The notes beneath the pieces are model-generated. The model was not told the origin of the DNA, ran no database searches, and saw only the letters and a list, made by a program, of their open reading frames with translations. DNA of 63,449 bases, filler included, from Folioceros fuciformis (lineage: Eukaryota): the NCBI GenBank assembly GCA_049999805.1. It is 16 parts of 16 records of this genome, joined end to end, with 100 filler letters (N's around TTAATTAATTAA, not from the genome) between each part and the next. Parts side by side here need not be neighbours in the genome. Positions count along the whole stretch, not along the records: positions 34,575 to 38,367 come from JBNGIO010003654.1; positions 38,468 to 40,434 come from JBNGIO010003655.1; positions 40,535 to 45,003 come from JBNGIO010003656.1; positions 45,104 to 47,433 come from JBNGIO010003657.1; positions 47,534 to 49,736 come from JBNGIO010003658.1; 11 more parts are not named here. The stretch is one strand, 5' to 3'. Of this stretch, positions 37,871 to 49,736 are shown piece by piece (position 1 is the first letter of the stretch; each line of letters begins with the position of its first letter). The position numbers and the translations under genes are program-made.

Positions 37871-38725
37871 GGTGCCATTGCCGGGAGCCTATAGTTAGCA
37901 ACGGAGGTAGTGCATTGAATTGGAAGCAAGGTTGGGTAGATGCATAAATAGAGTGAGTCCAAACGTGAGGACATGAAAACCTGAACCGTGGGAATTTGAA
38001 AGATTCTCCACGCAATATGAAGGGAACTTATTTGGGGGCCAAGCGAGTGAGAAAAGGGCCACTATAGGGAGAGCTTCGAGGGTCTTGGGGTTCTCCCATT
38101 ATCATTTGGCAAATTGCTAAAGAGAGAATCCTACCCTTGACTTTGTGTGGACGGAGAACATAAGCTAGCTCTCAACAAGAAGGAGAAGAAGCAGAGGTTC
38201 AAGCCCTTGTGATGGATCGCAGACCCATGAGTTGGGACCATTAGCTGTAATGGTAGAACTCAATCATTTCCTAGGAGGCTACGAGGTCCCAATATGAGTC
38301 ATGTTATTTTGGAGTAGATGCGACTTTATATCTCTTTTTCAATAATGGAAGAAAAAAAAAAAAGTCANNNNNNNNNNNNNNNNNNNNNNNNNNNNNNNNN
38401 NNNNNNNNNNNTTAATTAATTAANNNNNNNNNNNNNNNNNNNNNNNNNNNNNNNNNNNNNNNNNNNNGGAGGTGTGCTGGAAGCGGTGCATGTGTCTGGT
38501 GGCGTTTTATCCCTGCATGCAAAGGACGCGGAGTTAGTTATTTTTCCTTTCCTCAACCGCCATCACCTAATGTTTGCTGCCGTCTGACCCCCTGGTCTTC
38601 CTTCCATGCCGCTTTGCGCTCTTTCTCCCAGCTTTCCTGCTATCCATCTTGACGCACTTTCTGAAGAAGGTCCTGGTGTGGCTTGATCACCCGCAACCTG
38701 TATCTTCTCCAAAAAGCGAGTCTGA

Positions 38726-40434
38726 ATGGCGACAGTAGGAGGGGGAGGAGGAGTGGGCGGTGGTGGAAGTGGGGGAGCAGGTAGTGGTGGAGTGATTCCT
38801 CAGCCACTCCCGCCTGTGCCAGTGATTCCACAACCTTCTTACTCAGTTGAATTTAAGGAGCGAGATCGCTTTAATGGCATGAAGTTCGAAGGTTGGAAGG
38901 TGCGCATGACAGCTGCCCTGCAAGCGAGACACGTTTGGGGAGTTGTTAGCGGTACGCTTAAGGAACCTGCACAGTCTGCCACACAAGAAGAGAAGGACAA
39001 GTGGGCGAACCTTAATTATGTTGCTCGTGCCGTCATCATAAGCGGGCTGGACGAGACTCTCCTTGCGGATGTTGCCTTCTTAACCAAAGCTGAAGACATC
39101 TGGATCCTGCTCACACAAACATATGAAGCTAAGAACATTCTTACCATGTGTGCTGTGCGTGGTGAACTCTTCTCTTTGCGGCTTAAGGAAGGCGATAAGG
39201 TGTCCCCATTTGTCATTCGTTTTCGTCAACTGCGGGCTCAACTCATCAACCTCGGCTCACAATTCCCGGAGCTTGATGCCGTTAGCCAACTTCTGACCAG
39301 CTTGCCTCCTAGCTATCAGACTTTTGTCTCCAGCTACGGAGCAATTGTTCGCGCTGCCGATGAAGCTAGAGCAGCCGGCCAGCCAACCAACATCAACCTA
39401 GCTAATGTGATTGGCGCCCTGCTACAAGAGGAACAAAGCCGCAGTCAATCTACTGTTAGTAGTGGTCTAACCAAGGCTGATAAAGTTCTCTATTCTCAAG
39501 GAAAGAATATCAGAAGGAAGCCTACCTCCGGTGCAGGTGCAGGCTCTTCGAAATCCACCTCTGTAAAGAGATCTAGCGCCTGTAACTGGTGTGGTGTACA
39601 GGGCCACTGGGAACGGGAGTGTAGAAAAAAGAAATCAGGGGAGCCACGCAAAGCTGAGAAGTCCTCCAAACAGGCTGAAGCTCATGTGGCATCCAAGGAT
39701 TGACTTTCCTCGTCGACTTCAACCAAACCGCCTGTTGTCATGACGGTTTGCCTTGCATCTTCTGCTCACCCTTCCCCACAAAGTTGGTATATCGATTCAG
39801 GGGCCACTTCTCACATCTGTAACGATAAGTCACTGCTCAATCATTTTCGTTCTTCTCAAACTACTGACAAAGTGCTTCTGGGAGATGAGCTTACACGTAC
39901 AGGTTTGAAGATAGCAGGTTCTGGCTCCTGTCGTTTCCGTCTCCGGGACGGTTCAGTCCTTCACCTGGACAATGTTCTTTACGTCCCTCATATGGCTAAG
40001 CACTTGTTGTCCGTTAGCCAGCTTATGTCCCTACGCACCTATGATTTGCTCTTCTCTTCTTTCCGCTGTGAGCTTAAGACGAGAGGGGAGGGAGGTCAGG
40101 TTGTTGCTACTGGACATATAGTACATGACTTGTATCAACTTGATTTAACAGTCATACCTCCAGATTCTGCTCATGTTGCCCAGTCGTCGCAAGCTGCTCA
40201 GGCCAGTCTTTGGCATGCCCGCCTAGGTCATGCGAACTGNNNNNNNNNNNNNNNNNNNNNNNNNNNNNNNNNNNNNNNNNNNNNNNNNNNNNNNNNNNNN
40301 NNNNNNNNNNNNNNNNNNNNNNNNNNNNNNNNNNNNNNNCAAAAGGAGAGACCCTTTCCAACATCCAAGGCACATCGAGCTTCACATATTCTGGAACTGG
40401 TACATGCAGATATCTCTGGAAAGGTCCACATACC
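38726..40434 (+). mobile_element. Ty1/Copia gag, protease and integrase N-terminus
   Basis: DRFNGMKFEGWKVRM, LPPSY, CNWCGVQGHWEREC, WYIDSGATSH, WHARLGH and ELVHADI. A single in-frame TGA lies at 39701-39703. Confidence 0.92.
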
Positions 40435-40534
40435 NNNNNNNNNNNNNNNNNNNNNNNNNNNNNNNNNNNNNNNNNNNNTTAATTAATTAANNNNNNNNNN
40501 NNNNNNNNNNNNNNNNNNNNNNNNNNNNNNNNNN

Positions 40535-42063
40535 TCATCTACAGCAATTGTCGCCACATCACCCCCCACAGCTCCATTCCCAGCCATATCAACTGAAGTG
40601 GTTCCCATTGGAGCAGTTTCAGCAGGCTTTGCTGCGGTGTCCTGCCCTTCCTTCCCCTTCTGTACCTTGATCCGTTTCTTCCTCTCATTGTCAGCAGCAA
40701 GTGCAGCTACCCCTGCAGCAGAATCTACGGCAGGTGCCATCCCAACTTCCTCTTCCACCTCCTGTGATTCCTTCACCGCGCCGTCCACAGCTATCACAGG
40801 CTCACCAATAGCCGGCTTTTTCTTTCTAGATTTTTTGCTGATACCCATTCCCACTGCCTCCTGTCCTCCATTCCCATGAGCGATATCAAATGAAGTGGTT
40901 CCCATTGGAGCAATTTCAGGAAGCTTTGCTGCAATGTCCTGCCCTTCCTTCCCCTTCTGCACCTTGACCCGTTTCTTCCTCTCATCGTCAGCCACAAGTG
41001 CAGCTTCCCCTGCAACAGATTCTACGACAGATGCCATCCCAACTTCCTTTTTCATCTCATGAGATTCCTCAACCGCGCCGTCCTCAGCTGTCACAGGCTC
41101 ACCAATAGTCAGCTTTTTCCTGTTAACTTTTTTGCTGGTACCCATTCCCACTGCCTCGTGCTCAGCAGTTTCGACACTTGCTTGCGCTGCTGCACCTACG
41201 TCAGGGGTCTCAACAGCAACTGGAAAAGCATCTATCAAAACCTTCGAGTGGGCACCCGTGTCGAAGACAATGCTGCCTCCGAAACCCTGCACTTCAGATT
41301 TCCCAAATTTCTTGCCCTTGGTCTTCTTGTTTACCTTGGCGTCACTATCACTAATAGCAACCTCCTTCACTGCTCCATTTTCTACTGGTTCAATGCCCTT
41401 ACTATTCTTCTTCCTCTCCTTGGCAACGGAAATGCCAAATGCAGCAGCCTCTTGCTTTGTCCCAACATCAGCTGCAGGAGAATCCTCGTCCCGAATATCA
41501 TCATAACTTTGCGTGGCAAAAACCTTTTTCCACTTGGCAATGTCTGCAGCCTTCGCATCCACCACCGTATCCTGCTTCACTCTCTTCTTCTTCGACCTTT
41601 CCTTCTCACCATTCTCGGGGCTGCCCACAGAGCTTATAGCTGCTTTCGTGATACCCACCCCCTCCACTTCTCCACAAAGGGAAGCACCCGAAGCGACCCC
41701 TGATTTCCCTTCCGTGGCAGGGGAAGTCGGNNNNNNNNNNNNNNNNNNNNNNNNNNNNNNNNNNNNNNNNNNNNNNNNNNNNNNNNNNNNNNNNNNNNNN
41801 NNNNNNNNNNNNNNNNNNNNNNNNNNNNNNGAGCTGGGATGCCTGCGTCCACCTCCACCGGCTGCCAGTTCAACCACATCCCAGCACTCCAATCAGTGCC
41901 TACTGCCATCAACAATCAGGTGAGGAAACACGACCCTGTGCCAACGAATGCAAACACTCACCAGTTTCGCCTCCTTCCTGAAACAGGCCAAAGTATCCAC
42001 CAGGTTGCGCTTCCGTAGGTATTCCACGAAAGCCGCGGCCTGTGCATCAGCCTCCACAGCCAT
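40535..42063 (-). CDS. LisH-motif, Lys/Glu-rich protein (Nopp140/SRP40-like), 3' truncated
   Basis: Exon 1 (42063-41962) encodes MAVEADAQAAAFVEYLRKRNLVDTLACFRKEAKL, a LisH pattern, followed by GTGAGT. A long ORF with alternating basic and acidic tracts follows. Confidence 0.65.
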
Positions 42064-42396
42064 TCCTGGTTCGCGGATTGGGACTTCTTGCACCAGCTGC
42101 CCAAGAGTCCGAGAAGGGCAGGATGCGGGAGAGGAGACGGATTCCGCCTCGACTAACCCCAAACGTAGGCGCAGCGTGCGCGGCAGGAATTGATGCCTCA
42201 TTCATCTATATACACATGTAATAGTCTCGAGCTTCCAGAAACTAGATCCAGAGGCAGCGTTTAGGGCTAGCTTCCAATGTAGGGCCTCCTGCCCCTCTAG
42301 AGAGGATTCACTTCTATGATCATTTTGGGTCCTGGATGATCACAATTCGGCGAGTCGTGAATTGGAATCGCTGCTCCACCAAGATTGGTAGAAGTT

Positions 42397-43845
42397 ATGT
42401 GGGGCCGAGGTTCTCACCGGCTCCTCCTTCGTTGCCTAGGTGAGTAAGCAGGAGCTGGATGTGGTGTGTGAGAGCTCTCGTCTCCGTGGTTGATGGCCGT
42501 TTGGGTGATGGTGTTGTGCAGGCAGTGTGTCTAAGCATGGGGGAGCAAGGTCAGCAGCTGGTCCGGGAGGGTTGCAGAGTCGGGTGGAGAACGGCTGGTA
42601 TGTCAACTGGATTTCTGCCTGACGTTCTGCTGTCGTGGAGCAAACTTGTGGGGAGGATCTTTCCTCACTGTTTTTTTGGCAGGGAGCGGCAGATGCAGTC
42701 AGGTGCCGAGCTCATCTGGACTCAGCAAGGGAATGCTTCGGATAGATTAGGGCGTAGTTTTGCAGGTGAATGTCTAGGGATTTGTGACCTTTTCTGGATC
42801 CAGCCCTTCTGGCTGAGCATGTTTCATTCCTTTGAGGATCTGATGAAATCCGAGGAGCTAAGACCGTGTGTTGATTACTTAAATACGATTAGGTTTCTCG
42901 GCTGAAGGCAGGCATGGAGGTGGATGGAGAGGGGGGCAGGAACAGGGAGTCTGCATGAGGTTGATGACAACAGGCACGGACGATCCCAGTTCACAAGCAC
43001 AGCATGTGGAGAACTCGGTTGGCTCAGATGAAGGCGATTCAGCTGAGGTGGGAGTGACAGCTGTTGTGGGGGAAGGCTTTTCATTGGACGGTGGGAATCT
43101 GCCTGTGACTGCTTCAGGGGCTGAAGAGGGCTCTTCCGGAGAGTTTGACGATTTGATAGTAACAGTTTCAGGGCCTGAAGACAGCTCCTCCTCGACCTCC
43201 GACGAGGATGTACCTGCTGCAGGAGAGGAAGGTTCGTCCACAGATGGTGGTGATGTTGTAGACTTACAGGTCGGAGACTCGGACTCGTCTGGCGTTCTGC
43301 ATGCCGAAGCAGCGTCAATCTCATCAGCGGGGCACGAGGGCATGGTAACAGGGACAGGAGGGCAGGCTGTGGATTCTGATGATGCAACAGGTGCAACTCT
43401 TCAATCCACTCCTGATGACCTCCTCACAAAACCAGAAGAGCAAGAGATCTCAGAATCGGAGGAAGCCAAGCAGAAGATGGCAGAGCTAGCTGAGGAGTTA
43501 AACAAGTCCCTCGAAGACTTCAAGAAAGCCCGATCGCACACAGCCAAGGTCTACGTCCACATCAAGTCCTTCGAGAAGATCCGGCCAGGAAGGCTGCCCA
43601 ATGTGCGGAGCGCGGGGTTGCCAGCCCGACGAAGCCTTTTCACTATCAACAGATCACCCCACGTCGACAAGAAAGCTAGAGACCAGTTCCAAATGAAGGT
43701 ACGCAAACACTTGCTTGTCATAGAAACAGAGACCCACAAACTCCACGAGAAGCTCCACCAGCTGAGAAACCATGATCTACCAGGTGTCCAGCTCAAGGTG
43801 ACCTTCCTTTACCAGACCCGTCTAGACATGTCAAAGCTAGCGTAG
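42397..43845 (+). CDS. rps10: Nuclear-encoded mitochondrial ribosomal protein S10 with presequence and acidic extension, 4 exons
   Basis: Exons 42397-42439, 42522-~42597, ~42683-42765 and 42893-43845 splice in frame. The S10 core GLPARRSLFTINRSPHVDKKARDQFQM...GVQLKV resembles plant mitochondrial rps10. Confidence 0.85.
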
Positions 43846-43951
43846 CCACCGTTGTTACTATTACTCTTTCATGTCAAAATTCCTGCTCCACCATTAATCC
43901 ATTCCTCCACATACTCCCCGGTTTGTGCTTCTCCTCTCCTTATCTCTTTTA

Positions 43952-45003
43952 TCAGTGAACCAGCTGCAGCCCAGAGGCATCTTGACAGGGCTTCAGGGAT
44001 GGCACCAGCTTTACCACGGCCTTGGCGTCCAGCTCGGGATCATGGGGACACACATAGGTGGATGCTCCTCCCTGGTAGCAGCCATCCATGGACTGGCCCC
44101 GGATGCACCCACCCCCTTCCTCGAAGCTGATGATCCACGGAGTAAGCCCCCCATACGCCTGAGCCAGCTCACTGTACGTGGACATGGGGCTGGTGAGCAG
44201 CTGATCAGCCAGACTCAAGCACAGTATCTCCACCAAAGCTCTCTCATCCACATCCAGCCCAGAATACTGGTCTCCTTCCCGGGTGAGCTGCACCAACCCT
44301 ACCACCTCCCCGGTCTCCGTGCCCTCTTCTGGGAACCGTCCTCCGAGATACTCATACAACCCGCCGTACAAGGACGCTATGAAAACCATCACCCGTCTCT
44401 CCTCACCATGTCCCTGCCTTCCCCCGACCTCCACGGAACGGTTCGGCAGAATCCCGTTCTCCAAGGCGCACTTAAGCACGTTCCGGTTGACCACCCCGTT
44501 CCGCTCCCTGTACTCCGGGTACCCGTCCCGGTACCGGACGTGCACTCCAACGACCCGGTCGGCGTCCAGCATATACGCCTTGTGCACCCGCTTCACCCTC
44601 GTCCAGACAGCGTCCACCGGCAGCAGCCCGTAGCGCAGCAGGTGCGTCAACGGAATTCGTTCTCCGAACAGCTCCTCCAGAACGGGCCGGAAGGCCGGCA
44701 CGGCGAAGAGCTCCGGGAGGAAGTAGAGGCATCCTCCGAGCGTGAGCCAGGGAACTGCCTGGAAGGCGCGTTGCTCCGTGGTGCAGTAGAAGCGCGTGGC
44801 CGGGCCCCAGGAATCATCGCCCCGCGCCGCGTAAACAGACGGCGGCTTGCCCTTGGCGCCGTCAATTTTTGACGTGAACTCGTCCGCCGTCGTCCATAGC
44901 TCGGGCCGCAGGTCCGCGAACGGGAAGTCTGGCGGCGCCAGCCAGGACGAGCCTGGGAAGGGCTCGCACACGAGGTCGGGGACGCGCGACCTCGGGTCCA
45001 GGA
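43952..45003 (-). CDS. Xyloglucan galactoside 2-alpha-L-fucosyltransferase (GT37), 5' truncated
   Basis: CEPFPGSSWL.P.DFP, YFLP.LF..P.F...LEELF, VGVHVR, VFIASL, ALVEI..LSLAD.L.TSP.ST....AQ..GGL.PW and PCQD...GLQL. Confidence 0.9.
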
Positions 45004-45189
45004 NNNNNNNNNNNNNNNNNNNNNNNNNNNNNNNNNNNNNNNNNNNNTTAATTAATTAANNNNNNNNNNNNNNNNNNNNNNNNNNNNNNNNNNNNNNNNN
45101 NNNCCCCATCTTGTGACCCCTTCACAGGCAGGCCTGGACAAAGTGTGGCTGATCAGCATCATAACTTGCAGCATTTCTTCTCAACTTGC

Positions 45190-46320
45190 TGTCAACCTGT
45201 GGGCAAGCGGGCATGGTATCCCTACCAGGCACCCGCTCACATGTATCGTGGCCACATCAATCCCACGGTCGTTGTAGGTTTCCCCAGAATCGCTCCCCTC
45301 TAAGCCTGGCCAGCTTCGTGTATCGCTCCCCTACACTAGTCAACTCTCCCAACCACGTACCTACCAATCTGGCCACACGTCCCATCAATAGGTAGGCACC
45401 ATTCCTTCACTTGGAAGGGCCCCAGTACATCCCCTACCGATTTCTACCTTCCAATCACGTTCCTACCAATCGTGCAACACGTCCCGTCAGTAGGNNNNNN
45501 NNNNNNNNNNNNNNNNNNNNNNNNNNNNNNNNNNNNNNNNNNNNNNNNNNNNNNNNNNNNNNNNNNNNNNNNNNNNNNNNNNNNNNNNNNNNNNTCCCGT
45601 CAGTAGGTGGGCACCATCCCTTCACTTGGAAGGGCCCCAGTACCTCCCCTACCGATTTCTACCTCCCTACACTTGATACCTTTTCCTCACAAGGCTCCCT
45701 ACAACACCTTCCTCTACCCACAATCTAGCTGCTCGTCTCCCTACACCCAGCAACCAACAAGTTTCCTCCGAGCCTACTCCGCTCCCTCCAACTCTGTTTA
45801 TCGTTTGCCTACGACATTCAACCTTTCCCAGCGCGTACCTTCAACACGTCCAGTCGGTAGGAAGGCACCATTCCTTCACTTGGAAGGGCCCCGGTACCTC
45901 CCCTACCAACTTCCAACTACCTACACCCAGCACCTTTCCCCACAAGTCTCCTCACAACACCTTCTACACGATCCAACTCCACGTTTCCCTACATTCAAGA
46001 CTCCCAACCAGACATCACAAGAACCTTTGCGATTGGCAACAGAAAGGGCACTCGCAGCTCCCCCTTCCACTAGGATGTCCCCGCAGGCTTACGAAAATTG
46101 GTTCTCTATTCGTCACGAAACACTTACAATCAAAGAACGGGGGCCTCTGGCTCAAGTTCTTCGTTCTACTTATATAGGATGGCAGACGGCTTCCTACCTG
46201 CCACTAGCCGCGGCCAGCTTTAACTACGCACACCTACCAAGAGGCTAAGACCTACCAATAGTTGCTAAGGCAGTGCGCGCAGATGAAGATTAGGATTGTC
46301 AGTGTCGCCATAGAAGATTC
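45190..46320. repeat. Retroelement-derived region with repeated ~70-bp units
   Basis: CACCATTCCTTCACTTGGAAGGGCCCC.GTAC.TCCCCTACC occurs at ~45396, ~45612 and ~45866. Homologous to 37195-37870. Confidence 0.7.
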
Positions 46321-46348
46321 GTTGACCCCCTTTTTCAAAAAGGTATGG

Positions 46349-47433
46349 CTAGGATGGCTCTTGAAGGGAGGCAGAGTCTGAAGGTTGAGCCACTGAGCCC
46401 CCCTCCATTATTGGGATTCGTCTTCTTTTGGATCCACAAGCTTCCACCGTACCTTCCTCTGTGTGGATCTCTTGGGCTATCCCTTCACCACCACCTACAA
46501 GTTTGGTAGGGGAGGGTTCCCCTTGTTCCTCAACTTGAGGCTCCTTCCCTACGTAGGGTGGGAATGTTCCCTCCGTAGGTAGGGTACCTACCATTCCTAC
46601 CCCTCCTCTCGTAGGTAGGTTCCCTACCCCTCCTCTCGTAGGTAGGTTCCCTACGGGAGTAGGTACCCCTTGTTGCGTGCTCTTCCTAGCCCATAGCAGC
46701 TCCTCAGGTTCCCATTGCGAGCTCTCCACGTCCATACTGCTATCCTCTTGAAAGTCTGTTGGTAGAGGCACTATCTCTAGGGCCTCACGGTCGTCATCAT
46801 GTGGCCCAAGATACCTTCGCCTTGCCAATGCTGCCAGTTCCTTGTGATGAGCGAGTAGACGTTGGTGTAGGTGGAGGTTGCGATTCTGTTGAGCTAGGTC
46901 TATGGTATCCATGTCAACAACCCAATCCCCACTCTCGCATCTACTCTTGTAGATATCCCGTTCAGCCTCCATCGCCCCTACCTTCAACTGTAGGTCAAGG
47001 TTTTCTTGATGAGTTGCATGAAGCTTGGTCATGCACCCCGTCAAGTAGGCATAGTCAGCACGAAACCTACGAGCTCGAACCACCAGCATCCTGTGAATCT
47101 TGGTCTGATGCTCAGCTTCTTGTTGTGCTTTCTCCTGCTGAAGGTCTTCTAATTGGATGGTCAATTGTTCCCTCTCCACTCGCTCTCGTTGCCCTGCTTC
47201 AAGTCGTTGCTAGAGTTCCTGGTTCGCTTTAGCATTCTGTGCCTCCAACTCATCTAGCTTTCCTTGTAAATCCTTTGCAATGTAGACTTGTTCTCGTAGC
47301 TGTTCCTCCACCACCTTCCTAGTTTCCTCAGATTGTCCCTTCGACATGCAATGATCTCATGTGATAAACCTTGTTGGGAAGTTTGCAACGTGGTCACCTG
47401 CTGGGTCAACTTCTCCAGTCCTTGCCTTTGCTC
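46349..47433 (-). CDS. Unknown coiled-coil ORF, probably a retroelement accessory ORF, partly degenerate
   Basis: 276-aa ORF with E/Q/L-rich heptads and a VGNLPTRGG repeat, directly adjoining the dispersed repeat. Confidence 0.4.
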
Positions 47434-47533
47434 NNNNNNNNNNNNNNNNNNNNNNNNNNNNNNNNNNNNNNNNNNNNTTAATTAATTAANNNNNNNNNNN
47501 NNNNNNNNNNNNNNNNNNNNNNNNNNNNNNNNN

Positions 47534-49736
47534 GGAGGTAGGCTAAAGGAGGCGATGGATGTGTTCAACAGGGTAGGGAACGCGAATGTCTTCATGTGGG
47601 TTTCCATAATCTCTGCACATGCTAAGCACGGGAAGCCGAAGGAGGCCATACAACTGTACCATAAAATGCGTAGGTCAGAAGTGAGGGCGAATGGTTATGT
47701 CTTTGTAGCCGCCCTTCAAGCTTGTGCATTTGCTGCCGATTTAGAATCTGGCAGAACAGTGCACCGCGACGTGTTGCGCAGTGGCTTCCGTACTGACTTG
47801 TTTGTTAACAGCTGCTTGGTGGACATGTATGCAAAATGTGGCCGAATGAAAGATGCACGCCAGGTTTTTGATAACATGAACACGAAGAATGTGGTGACAT
47901 GGAATGCCCTGATCGCTGGGTATGCACAGCAAGGACTCGGCCAAGAGGCGCTTGTTGTGTATGGACAGATGGAGGAGGCAGGCCTCCTGGTTAATGATGT
48001 CACTTTTGCTTGCCTTCTGAAGGCGTGTGCAAGCACTGGTGCCTTGCGGAAGGGCAGGGAGCTTCACTCACAGATTGTCAAGAGAGAACTGCTGGATAAT
48101 ATAGTGGTGGGAAACTGCCTGGTGGACATGTATGCAAAATGTGGTGAGCTGGAATGTGCCCGCCAGGTTTTCGACAAGATGGCCTCGAAGGATGTGGTGA
48201 CATGGAATGCCCTGATCGCTGGGTATGCACAGCAAGGACTCGGCCTAGAGGCACTTGTCGTGTATGGACAAATGGAGGAGGCGGGCCTCGTGGTGGCTGA
48301 CCGTGTTACTTTTGCCTGCCTTTTGAAGGCGTGTGCAAGCACTGGTGCCTTGCAGAAGGGCAGGGAGCTGCATTCACAGATTCTGAACAGAGGTCTGCTG
48401 GATGATGTAGTGGTGGGAAACTGCCTGGTGGACATGTATGCAAAATGTGGTGAGCTGGAATATGCACGCCAGGTGTTTGACAGCATGGACACGAAGGATG
48501 TGGTGACATGGACGGCCCTGATCGCTGGATATGCACAGCAAGGACTCGGGCAAGAGGCGCTTGTTGTGTATGCACAAATGGAGGAGGCGGGCCTCGTTTT
48601 TGCTGACCGTGTTACTTTTGGTTGCCTTCTGAAGGCGTGTGCAAGCACTGGTGCCTTGCAGAAGGGGAGGGAGCTTCACTCACAGATTGTTCACAGGGGT
48701 CTGCTGGATGATGTAGTGGTGGGAACCTGCCTGGTGGACATGTATGCAAAATGTGGTGAGGTGGAAGATGCACGCCAGGTTTTTGACAGCATGCCCACTA
48801 AAGATGTGGTGACATGGAATGCCGTAATTGCTGGGTATACACAGCAAGGACTCGGCCAAGAGGCACTTGTTGTGTATGGACAGATGNNNNNNNNNNNNNN
48901 NNNNNNNNNNNNNNNNNNNNNNNNNNNNNNNNNNNNNNNNNNNNNNNNNNNNNNNNNNNNNNNNNNNNNNNNNNNNNNNNNNNNNNAGGCAGGCCTCGTT
49001 TTGGCTAATGATGTTACTTTTGCTTGCCTTCTGAAGGCGTGTGCAAGCACTGGTGCCTTGCAGAAGGGCAGGGAGCTTCACTCACAGATTGTCAAGAGAG
49101 AACTGCTGGATAATATAGTGGTGGGAAACTGCCTGGTGGACATGTATGCAAAATGTGGTGAGGTGGAAGATGCACGCCAGGTTTTTAAAAGGATGGCCAC
49201 TAAAGATGTGGTGACATGGAATGCCATGATCGCTGGGTATGGTGCTTGTGATGAAGGTTGCAACGCGCTAGCTTGTTTTGAGGAGATGTTAGCTGCCGGT
49301 GTTCATCCTGACGATGCTACTTTTACTTGCCTTCTAGTAGCATGCAGTCATGGGGGTCTGGTCCAGGAGGGTCGCAAGCTCTTTGATTCCATGGCTGAAC
49401 AGCATGGTGTCATACCTACTGTTGAGCATCACGCCTGCATGATTGATCTTCTTGGGCGTGCTGGCGAATTAGATGAGGCAGAGAGGGTGCTATTATCATG
49501 TGAGGGCCAAAGTGATGTGGTGTGTTTGACATCTTTGTTGAATGCCTGCAAAAGTCATGGAGATGTAGAGAGGGCTGTGTGGTGTTTTGAAAGCATTGTT
49601 AGGCTGGACCCCCAGAAGGCACCGGCCTATGTTCTCATGGCCAATGCCTATGCAGATGCAGGTAGGTGGACCGATGTAGACAGGATTGAAACACAGAGAA
49701 AGGCAGCAGGAGCTAAGAAGAAGCCAGCAGTGGCAA
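47534..49736 (+). CDS. PLS-class PPR protein with E1/E2 motifs and the start of a KPAxA (DYW:KP-type) domain; truncated at both ends
   Basis: Repeated P-L-S triplets, then P2-L2-S2 (ACSHGGLV, HHACMIDLLGRAG), E1, E2 (AYVLMANAYA..GRW) and KKKPAVA at the scaffold edge. Confidence 0.93.

Noticed and set aside
43925-44872. 315-aa plus-strand ORF
   Set aside because: Antisense shadow of the GC-rich GT37 gene.
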